A stretch of DNA of 64,000 nucleotides from Squalus acanthias. Its lineage: Eukaryota. The notes beneath the pieces were generated by a model. That model did no database searches, was not told where the DNA came from, and saw only the letters and a program-made list of their open reading frames with translations. The stretch covers positions 148,430,001-148,494,000 of the forward strand of contig CM059432.1 in NCBI GenBank assembly GCA_030390025.1, in the 5' to 3' direction. Below, piece by piece: positions 1 through 9,680 of this stretch. Within the stretch, counting starts at the first letter, position 1. The number at the start of each line of letters is the position of its first letter. The translations under genes were made by a program, and so were the position numbers.

Positions 1-1337
1 GGGGCAAGTTTCAGTGGAGGGGCATTTGGGGGAACAGTGATCATAATATCATCAGGTTTTGGATAGTTATGGAAAAGGACAAGGTACAGTCAAGCACAAA
101 ATATTTAACTGGTGGGGGGCCAACTTCAATGAGTTGAAAAGGGATCTGGGCCAAGTGAATTGGAATCAAAAATTGATTGGCAAAACAGTAATTGAACATT
201 GAGAGGCCTTCAAAGAGGTAATGGTTTGGATACAGAGTAGACACATTATCAGGGTAAAGGAAGGGCATCCAAAGCCAGAGCTCCCTGGATGACTAAAAAT
301 ATAGAGGTTAATATGAGCCAGAAGAAGGAGGTTTATGACAATTGAAAGGTTCATAATACAGTAGAGAACCAAGCTGAATATAGAAAGTAAATAGAAGATA
401 TAAAAAAGGGAATAAGAGAGGCGAAGAGAGTGTATGAAAATAGATTAGCGGCTAACATAAAAGGGAACCCAAAAGTCTTTTTATAAACACATAAATAGTA
501 AAAGCATAGTCAATAGAAGGGTGGGGCCGATAAGGGACCAAAAAGGACATTTTCTTGTGGAGGCAGAGGGTATGGCTGAGATACTAAATAAGTACTTTGC
601 ATTTGTCTTCACTAGAGAAGAGGATGCTGCCAATGTAGCTGTAAAGGAGGAGGCAGTAGTGATATTGGATAGGACAAAAATAGACAAAGAGGAGGTACTT
701 AAAAGGTTGTCAGTCCTCAAAGTAGAAAAGTCACCTGGTCTGGATGGGATGCATCATAGATTACTGAGGGAAGGGAGAAACTTTTAGGGACAATAATCCG
801 GGACAAAATTAACTGTCATTTAGCAAAGTATGGGCTAATAAATGAACGTCAGCACGGATTTGTTAAAGGCAAATTGTGTTTGACTAACTTGATCGAGTTC
901 TTTGATGAAGTATTGGAGAGGTTTGATGAGGGCAGTGCGATTGATGTTGCGTATATGGACTTTCAAAAGGCGTTTGACAAAGTATCACATAATAGACTTG
1001 TTAGCAAAATTAAAGATCATGGGATTAAAGGGACAGTGACAGCATAGATACAAAACTGGCTAAGGGACAGAAAGCAGAGAGTAGTGGTGAACGGTTGTTT
1101 TTCAGACTGGAGGAAGATATACAGTGGTATCCCCCAGGGGTCAGTATTAGGACCACTGCTCTTTTTGATGCATATTAATGACTAGACTTGGGTATACAGG
1201 GAATAATTTCAAAGTTTGCAGATGATACGGAACATGGAAACAATGAGGCGGATAATAACAGACTTCAGGAGGACATAGACAGACTGGTGAAATGGGCAGA
1301 CACGTGGCAGATGAAATTTAATGCAGAGAAGTGTGAA
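1..1337 (+). mobile_element. CR1-clade LINE ORF2 relic (5' part, continues at 2944)
   Basis: Degenerate RT motifs: KSPGLDGMH, QHGFVKGK.CLTNLIEFFDEV, DFQKAFDKV, KFADDT. Contains frameshifts. Confidence 0.9.
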
Positions 1338-2023
1338 ACATAGAAACATAGAAAAATAGGAGCAGGAGTAGGCCATTCGGTCCTTCGAGCCTGCTCCGCC
1401 ATTCAATATGATCATGGCTGATCCTCTATCTCAATACCATATTCCCGCTCTCTCCCCATACCCCTTGATGCCTTTTGTGTCTAGAAATCTATCTATCTCC
1501 TTCTTAAATATATTCAGTGACTTGGCCTCCATAACCTTCTGTGGTAGAGAATTCCACAGGTTCACCACCCTCTGAGTGAAGAAATTTCTCCTCATCTCAG
1601 TCCTAAATGTCCTACCCTGTATCCTGAGACTGTGACCCCTCATTCTAGACCCCCCAGCCAGGGGAAACATCCTCCCTGCATCCAGTCTGTCTAGCCCTGT
1701 CAGAATTTTATACGTTTCAATGAGATCCCCTCTCATTCTTCTAAACTCTAGTGAATACAGGCCTAGTCGACCCAATCTCTCCTCATACGACAGTCCTGCC
1801 ATTCCAGGAATCAGTCTGGTGAACCTTCGCTGCACTCCCTCTATGGCAAGTATATCCTTTCTTAGGTAAGGAGACCAAAACTGCATACAGTACTCCAGGT
1901 GTGGTCTCACCAAGGCCCTGTACAACTGTAGTAAGACATCCTTGCTCCTGTACTCAAATCCTCTCGCAATGAATGTGAGAAGTCGCACAACACCATGTTA
2001 TAGTCCAACAGCTTTATTTGAAA

Positions 2024-2062
2024 TCACAAGCTTTCGGAGCGGCTGCTCCTTCATCAGATAAC
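2024..2062 (-). ncRNA. Minimal hammerhead ribozyme motif (opposite-strand copy, weak stem I)
   Basis: Minus strand reads GUUAU-CUGAUGA-A-GGAGC(AGCC)GCUCC-GAAA-GC-UU-GUGA. The core is intact but stem I pairs mostly by G-U wobble. Confidence 0.6.
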
Positions 2063-2063
2063 T

Positions 2064-2100
2064 TCACCTGACGAAGGAGCAGCGCTCCGAAAGCTTGTGA
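2064..2100 (+). ncRNA. Minimal type I hammerhead ribozyme motif
   Basis: UCAC-CUGACGA-A-GGAGC(AGC)GCUCC-GAAA-GC-UU-GUGA: conserved core, stem II hairpin, palindromic AAGCUU stem III, and stem I UCAC/GUGA. Confidence 0.8.
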
Positions 2101-2943
2101 TTTCAAATAAAGCTGTTGGACTATAACCTGGTGTTGTGCGACTTCTCACATTTGTCCACCCCAGTCCAACACCGGCATCTCCACATCTTGCAATGAAGGC
2201 CAACATACCATTTACCTTCCTAACTGCTTGCTGCACCTACATGTTTGCTTTCAGTGACTGGTGTACAAGGACACCCAGGTCCCTTTGTACATCAGCATTT
2301 CCCAATCTATCACCATTTAAATAATACTCTACCTTTCTGTTTTTCCTACCAAAGTGGATAACTTCACATTTATCCAGGTTATACTGCATCTGCCATGTAT
2401 TTGCCCACTCACTCAACTTGTCTAAATCGCCTTGAAGCCTCTTTGCATCCTCTTCACAACTCACAATCCCACCTAGTTTCGTGTCGTCAGCAAACTTGGA
2501 AATATTACATTTGGTTCCCTCATCCAAATCATTGATATATATTGTGAATAGCTGGGGCCCAAGCAATGATCCCCGCGGTACCCCACTAGTCACCGCCTGC
2601 CACCCTGAAAAAGACCCATTTATTCCTACTCTCTGTTTCCTGTCTGTTAACCAATTTTCAATCCATGCCAGTATATTACCCTCAATCCAATGTGCTTTAA
2701 TTTTGCACACTAACCTCTTATGTGGGACTTTATCAAAGGCCTTCTGAAAAACCAAATACACCACATCCACTGGTTCTCCCTTATCTATTCTACCAGTTAC
2801 ACCCTCAAAAAACTCCAGTAGGTTTGTCAAACACGATTTCCCTTTCATAAATCCATGTTGACTTTGTCTAACCCGTTGATATTTTTTAAGTGTCCTGTTA
2901 TCACATCCTTTATAATAGACTCTAGCATTTTCCCTACTACTGA

Positions 2944-3685
2944 TGTGAAGTGATACATTTTGGTAGGAACAATGAAGAGAGGCAATATGAACTAAATGGT
3001 ACAATTTTAAAGGGGGTGCAGGAACAGAAAGGTGGCAGGACAAATTGAGAAGGCTGTTAAAAAAGCATTTGGGATGCTTGGCTTTAATAGAGGCATAGAG
3101 TACAAAAGCAAGGAAGTTATGATGAACCTTTATAAATCACTGGTTAGGCCTCAGCTGGAGTATTGTGTTCAATTCTGGGCACCGCACTTTAGGAAGGATG
3201 TCAAGGCCTTGGAGCGGGTGCAGAGGAGATTTACTAGAATGGTGCCAGGATGAGGGACCTCAGTTACGTGGATAGACTGGAGAAGCTGGGGTAGTTCTCC
3301 TTGGAGCAGAGAAAATTAAGAGATTTGATAGAGGTGTTCAAAATCATGAAAGAGTAAATAAAGAGAAACTGTTTCCAGGGGCAGAAGGGTCGGTAACCAG
3401 GGGACACAGATTTAAGGTGATTGGCAAAAGAACCAGAGGCGATATGAGGAAACTTTTTACACAGCGATTTGTTGTGATCTGGAATGCGCTGCCTGAAAGG
3501 GCGGTGGAAGCGGATTCAATGGTAACATTCAAAAGAGAATTGGATAAATACTTGGAGAAAAATTTGCTGGGCTATGGGGAAAGAGCAGGGGGGAGTGGGA
3601 TTAATTGGATAGCTCTGCCAAAGAGCCAGCACGGGCACGGTGGGCTGAATGGCCTCCTACTGTGCTGTATCATTCTATGTTTCTA
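2944..3685 (+). mobile_element. CR1 LINE 3' part (continuation of 1-1337)
   Basis: Resumes at CEVIHFG; LVRPQLEYCVQFWAPHFRKD; ends in a CR1 3' tail. Confidence 0.88.
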
Positions 3686-4068
3686 GAGCACAGATGGTTA
3701 AGGGGAGATTTAATAGAGATGTTCAAAATTATGAGGGGTTTTGATAGGGAGAAACGCTTTGCACTGGCAGGCGTGTCGTAAACCAGAGGACACAGATTTA
3801 AGGTAATTGGCAAAAAAAGCCAGGGCCAAATGAGGAGAATTATTTTTATGCAGCGAGTTGTTGTGATCTGGAATGCACTGCTTGAAAGGGTGGTGGAAGC
3901 AGATTCAACAGTAACATTCAAAAGGGAACCAGGTATGTACTTAAAAAGGAAACATTTGCACAACTATGATGAAAGAGCAGGGGGAGTGGGACTAAGTGGT
4001 AGCTCTTTCAGAGAGCCAGCACGGGCACGATGGGCCAAATGGCCTCCGTCTGTGCTGTGTGATTCTAT
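3686..4068 (+). mobile_element. Second tandem CR1 3'-end fragment
   Basis: Diverged repeat of the 3305-3680 region (FMQRVVVIWNALLERVVEADS) with its own tail. Confidence 0.8.
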
Positions 4069-4418
4069 AAGAGAAAGCCAACTGAATTTGACATACCAGC
4101 AACCAGCACTTACCTATCAAAACTAAAAAGGCTTTTACAGTATAGCCAAAGAATTATTGCCAAGGATAATTAACCCATTACAGACTTTTAAAAAAATTGT
4201 ATGTACATTTATATACAAATTTATACGTAGATTTTTCAAGATGTGTGCCTCGATTAGGAAATCAGGAGCAGAGATCAGTGTGTCTGACTTGTGGCCTTTC
4301 CAATTTTCTGATTATTAATTTTAATGACCTAAAAATCAGGAGTGCCACAAATCAGACGCACTGACCTCTAGCACCTGAATTGCCAATCTGTGTTCCCAGT
4401 GGCTCTGTGCCTGGAGCT

Positions 4419-4946
4419 AGAAGACCATAAGACGTAGGAGCAGGAGTAGGTCATTTGGCCCCTCGAGCCTGCTCCGCCATTCAATAAGATCATGGCTGAT
4501 CATTTCTTGGCCTCAATTCCACTTCCCTGCCCGCTCCCCATAACCCTTGACTCCCTTATCGTTCAAAAATCTGTCTATCTCCACCTTAAATATATTCAAT
4601 GACTCCGCCTCCACAGCTCTCTGGGGAAGAGAATTCCAAAGATTCACGACCCTCTGAGAGAAGAAATTCCTCCTCATTCCCGTTTTAAAAGGGTGCCCCC
4701 TTATTCTGAAATTATGCCCCCTAGTTCTAGATTCCCCCACGAGGGGAAACATCCTCTCTGCATCTACCTTGTCGAGCCCCCTCAGAATCTTATATGTTTC
4801 AATAAGATCCCCTCTCATTCTTCTAAACTCCAATCAGTATAGGCCCAGCCTGCTCAACCTTTCCTCATAAGACAACCCCTTCATCTCTGGAATCAACCTC
4901 GTGAACCTTCTCTGAACTGCCTCCAATGTAAGTGTATCCTTCCTTA
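4419..4946 (-). mobile_element. CR1 (HER1-like) 3' fragment
   Basis: ORF 4513-4833 EFRRMRGDLIETYKIL...NFFSQRVVNLWNSLP plus the shared tail. Confidence 0.9.
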
Positions 4947-5600
4947 TGACTCACAAGATTTACCCTATTGAACATTTGTGCTTCACATTACTATTTAATA
5001 TTATAAATAAATATATTCACCATTTCAGCCGATGAACCGGGGTCTATGTGTAATATGTGGAGCTTGTTAAGCAGCACAACTTCATTAAATCCAATAAACA
5101 GATCACTCACTGCAAATTGGGTGCACACCCAAAATGTCACAACCTATCTTTTCTCGTTACAGATGCTGACTAACCTGCTGTGCATTTTCAGCATTTTCTG
5201 TTTTCACTTTGGCTCATCCTTAATCCCTCAGATGAAAATAAAACACGGACAAGTTTTGATTACTGGGCACAAGGACCAATTACAGGAACCATTCTAGTCT
5301 ATTCATTTTGTGCAAAGAAAATGCAAAACTGCAATTCAATGAGCTTGGAACCCAGTCCAGGGAGAGAATTTATTCGCACCTGATTTATCATCGGATCAGC
5401 AGATATGAAATTTATGTAACAGAAGAGGTAGTTGGGTTAAGTGCTGAATCCAAGGTGCTAATCCAAATTGTCCAGATTCTACAGATTTAGGAATGCTAAA
5501 GCTAAACCAAAATACTGCGGATGCTGGAAATCTGAAATAAAAACAGAAAATGCTGGAAATACTCAGCAGGTCAGGCAGCATCTGTGGAGAGAGCAACAGG

Positions 5601-5635
5601 GTTAACGTTTCAGGTCCATGACCCTTCGTCAGAAC
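5601..5635 (-). ncRNA. Minimal type I hammerhead ribozyme motif (second PLE family)
   Basis: Minus strand reads GUU-CUGACGA-A-GGGUC(AUG)GACCU-GAAA-CG-UU-AAC, with palindromic AACGUU stem III. Confidence 0.78.
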
Positions 5636-5752
5636 TGGTAAAAGTTAGAGATATAACAGGCTCTAATCAAGTGCTGAGGCAGGGAAACGGGGGAGAAAAG
5701 AACAAAAGGGGAAGGTCTGTGATAGGATGGAAGGCAGGAGAGATTAAATGAC

Positions 5753-5950
5753 ATACATACGAACATACGAATTAGGAGCAGGAGTCGGCCACTCGGCCCC
5801 TCGAGCCTGCTCCGCCATTCAATAAGATCATGGCTGATCTTATTGATTACTCCACATTCCTGCCTACCCCCGATAACCTTTCACCCCCCTTACTTATCAA
5901 GAATCTATCTATCTCTGCCTTAAAAATATTCAAAGACTCTGCTTCTACCA
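5753..5950 (-). mobile_element. Short CR1 3' tail inserted in the PLE
   Basis: (TTCGTATG)n tail plus the aggagcaggagtcggcc...cctgctccgccattcaat motif. Confidence 0.8.
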
Positions 5951-5958
5951 CAGACACA

Positions 5959-6569
5959 GGGCCTGAATTTCCGATCGGAGGTTTCCCGCGGGCGGATGCC
6001 TCCGACCGGCAAAAAATCTACGAACTTACCTTCTGCCTCGGGACCCACGGAGACTCGCGCTCCTGGGCCTCTACGCGTAGACATGCGCAGAGGCCCACGT
6101 ACCCCAGAGGCGCACGCGGTTCGCAAGCTCCCCTGGCATCAGGTGGGCCGGCCCAACAAATGACAGAAGGGAATCCCCATTCATGCTTATGGAGGTTCCG
6201 TACGTATGCAAACCCCACGAGTATGAATGTGAATACCCCAAAAATACCTCTACACTTCAAATAAAAAAAATTTAAAATCACATATTTAAAATTAATTAAA
6301 ATGACATTTAATTAAATATTTAAAACAAAAATTTAATTTTTTGAAAAATAAATTTACATGTTTTAAAGGGGCTAAAAATAAACTTACCTTATTTCACAGG
6401 TTTTTTAAATTGTTGCTAAAATTTTATTTTTCTGTTTTTTTTAAAACTCTTTTACCAGGTGAAAGAATTTCATGGGCATTCACTGGGCACTAGTTGGGCA
6501 AATAGCCCAACTCTCCGCCCGCGGATACCCTTTTCCCGGGGATGCGGAGGATCTGTCAAATTACGGCCC
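5959..6569. mobile_element. MITE family M1, copy 1 (Harbinger/Tourist-like)
   Basis: Left end GGGCCTGAATTTCCGAT and right end AAATTACGGCCC. AT-rich core; colinear with the copies at 7438, 17043 and 61195. Confidence 0.75.
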
Positions 6570-7437
6570 AAAAGGTATGATTGTAACAAGGCAAAAGGAG
6601 GTGGTAACAGGACAAATAAAGAAACAAAAGATGGGTCTGGAGGAGGTGCACATGGGAACAGCAGAATCATCAACAGCTGCCGACTGGAAGAAATGGGGGC
6701 AGGGGTTATGACCTGAAATAGTTGAACTCGATGTTGAACCCAGAAGGCTGTGAAGTGACTAATCGAAAGATGAGGTGCTGTTCCTCGAGCTTACGTTGAG
6801 CTTCATTGGGACAGCGTAGGAGGCCGAGGATCGAGATGCCAGAGTGGGAGTGGAGCGGAGAATTAAAGTGACAGGCGACCGGAAGCTCGGGGTCCCCCTG
6901 CGGACTGGACTGCACAGTACAGCTGGCCAATTTTCTGCCGTGGGACACCAGCGAGCTGCCCATTCTGCGCCCGCAGCTCGCCAACAAAATGTTAATGGGG
7001 CTCGAACCTCAAAGTTAATAGGGCCTCCCAACTGCTGCGTAGGGCAGGCACCACGAGCGCATCGCCGATATTGCGCCTATCTGGCACGCAAACCGAAAAT
7101 CGCCCCTTATAAATCGGAGACTGTCGTGCTGAAGCTATACAGTGCTCCTGTCAGGTCATACCCTGAATGCTGCATTCAGGCCTGGCCACTGAGACACAAG
7201 GAAAATATCACAAATAACACAATTGGATGACATCACATGGATCTTAATGAAGATCGACTGTTGGCCAATGAAACAAGCCTTACCTCATTTTACAACATTC
7301 CATCCCAGTTGCCATTCCTGCTGTGCTTACACATCAAACAAATACATATTGATATTTTTTTAGAAAGGTGACACAGTTTGGTCTGTAAATGGGGCAAGAA
7401 AGGTTACAAAGGACTCACTGGGTATGGCGGAAACATA

Positions 7438-8180
7438 GGGCCGGATTTTCCGATCGGAGGCTTCCTGTGTGCGGATGCCTCCGATCGGGAAAAATCTACG
7501 CACTTACCTGCTGGCTCCGTAGGTCCCGAGACTTCCGATCCTGGGCCTCTCCGGGTCCGCGCGGGCACAGGCCCAGGTATCCCAGGCGGTTCGCAAGCGT
7601 CGCTGGGATCAGGTGGGCCATGGGGAACCAATCAAAGAAGGGAATCCCCCTTCATACTTTTGACAGGTCTCTGCACACGGAACTGTCAAAAGTATGAATG
7701 GGGATCACTTAAAAAAGTTAAATATTAAATAATTTTTTTTTTAAATCACCTATTTAAAATTCGTTAAGATTACATTAAATATTTTAAACAGAAATTTAAT
7801 TTCTTGAAAAAAATAATTAAAGTTTTTTACGGGGCTAAAAATAAACTTACCTTTTTTTAAAAGTATTTTTAAATTATAAATGATGGGAAAAAAAATATTT
7901 TTTTATTTTTTTAAACTCATATGCTGGTAAAAGCAGGCCTTACACGCGCTTTTACCAGGCGTAAGATTTTTAAAGGTTTTCAGCGGGCGGAGGTTGTGTA
8001 GAAAGCGGAACTCCCCCCCCGCAGAGGCCCTTCTCCCGGGCAGGCGGAGGATTTGTCAGGTGGATTCTTCACAGATCGGGAGTGCCGGGTTTTAGCGCAT
8101 GACTGAAACCGGCACTTGCGAGGCCCCTATGAGTGTGTACACACCTCGTACGCACCAGTGGGAGTCGGAATATCCGGCCC
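7438..8180. mobile_element. MITE family M1, copy 2
   Basis: TIRs GGGCCGGATTTTCCGA / TCGGAATATCCGGCCC. Splits a CR1 GMAET|LNEY motif, with ATA/ATT flanks. Confidence 0.82.
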
Positions 8181-8747
8181 ATTAAATGAGTACATTGCAT
8201 CGGTCTTCATTCTTGACGATGATGCTCAACCATTGGAATTTAATAATGTTACTAACAAAATTATTAATATTAACATGGATGAACATATTGTTTTAGAAAG
8301 AATTAAGAACTTAAAAATAGAGCAGCCGGCTCAGATGATATTCACCCGAGGGTCCTCGGGGCTGTGCCAGGCCCTAGCTTGTATTTTTAATCGTTCACTG
8401 CACTCTGGAATGGTTCCCATAGACTGAAAGGGGGCTAATGTAGTCCCCATCTTTAAAAAAAGGTATTTCCCCCCGATTTTTTTTACCCCAAATTGGCCCG
8501 GGATTTTTAGCTGGTTTTTCACTTTTCCCAGGAGATCATATGGTTTTGGGTGAGGTGGACTGTATCTATTTGTGATACACAAGGTATCGCGATTGTGTGG
8601 GACAGGCTGGATGGACCAGAGGGTCTTTACCTGTCTGTCATTGTTCGTACATTCGTATGTCCCAGTTTCAACCCAGCTCTCTGCTCAAAAGTTATGACCA
8701 CAATCAAGGCCCATGGTCTTGAGGCACAACAAGTCCTTGGTTACCGA

Positions 8748-9430
8748 GGGGTAAAAATTGGGTAGCGCCCCCTTGGGCACTACCTTCGCTGGGGCGCTAA
8801 TTATAGCACCCCGAAAAAGTTAGCGCCCCCATGGCCGATTTTTCCAGGTAGCGCCCCGAGAGGGAGGAGGGGCGCGACTGGAAGCGTCCCGCGTCCCTCT
8901 TGGGGCGTTGCGAGCCAATATCGTGGCGCTACATGCCGCAGTACTGCAGGCCTTCCTCCCCTTATTAAAGGGGAGGGGCCTAGTGCAGCGCGTCCCGGCG
9001 CCCAGCTGGGCCACCAGGGATCGGGAGTGCCGGCAAACGAGCCTGGCACTCGAGAGGAGTGCCGGGCTCACGGAGAGCAGCCGGCACCCCATGGGGGGGC
9101 TTCACGGGGGCCGGGGACAGCAACGGGGGCAGGTGCTGGCGGGCGGCCAGCAACAAAAATGGCCGCCCGCCACTTCCCCTTTAACTAGCGCCGCCCCGGC
9201 CACAGGTAGGCTCCCCTGACCCCGGCGGACATAGCGTCTGGCGGTAAGTCGGGGGCACCACCCAATATTACAGCCGGGGCACGAGCGGGGCACTGCGCAC
9301 AGCGATGACGTCATCGCCGGCGGCGCAGCACTGCGTGGCGCTAACGGTTAGCGCCGCCGCTAACCTCCCGCTGAATTTCACGCTCTTAGGGCGCTAACGG
9401 GAGGCGCAAATCAACCGAAATGAGCCCCCC
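8748..9430. mobile_element. MITE family M2 (GC-rich, Harbinger-B-like ends)
   Basis: The right end gggcgctaacgggaggcgcaa... resembles 34110-34149. It is a reverse-orientation homolog of 53581-54363. Confidence 0.75.
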
Positions 9431-9435
9431 TATTG

Positions 9436-9680
9436 TCCTAAGGAGGGGAATAAAATTCAGCCAGGGTTTCTTTTCCTCAGCATTTTCCATTCATCATTCC
9501 CCCCCCACCTCGCTGGAAGCTGCATTTGTGGATATTGGAGGAGGATAGGTTTGGGCTCGGGTCCATACACAAAGAATGGCCACTGAGAAAATTACCAGAG
9601 GCTGCTGGCACACTCGGAACCACAGCCCAGCAATTGAGTCACCTCCTTCAGGAGATGATAGGGAAATGGAGGAAAAGGAG
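9436..9680 (+). mobile_element. LF-SINE-like relic
   Basis: Motifs cagccagggtt...aagaatggccact...ccttcaggaga are shared with 62473-62785. Family name is from recall. Confidence 0.45.

Larger units (their letters stand above)
1974..2185. mobile_element. Fold-back Penelope-like element terminus (inverted pLTR ends plus ~33-nt tail)
   Basis: Arms 1972-2057 and 2068-2152 are near-perfect reverse complements. 12-bp TSD TCTCGCAATGAA (1962-1973) / TCTTGCAATGAA (2186-2197). The same sequence recurs at 37081-37170. Confidence 0.8.
1338..2946 (-). mobile_element. 5'-truncated CR1 (HER1-like) LINE nested in another CR1
   Basis: ORFs 2237-3043 and 1431-1988 carry RT motifs ([29 protein letters not shown]). 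3' tail with (TTCTATGT)n at about 1338-1430. TGTGAA is duplicated at 1332-1337 and 2944-2949. Confidence 0.93.
5505..6905 (-). mobile_element. Penelope-like element 3' end (GIY-YIG endonuclease C-terminus, UTR and pLTR), interrupted at about 5753-6569
   Basis: ORF 6706-6987 ends DPELPVACHFNSPLHSHSGISILGLLRCPNEAQRKLEEQHLIFRLVTSQPSGFNIEF, typical of the PLE GIY-YIG C-terminus. The UTR is continuous across atgac|aaaagg once the inserts are removed, and a hammerhead lies in the terminus. Confidence 0.82.
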
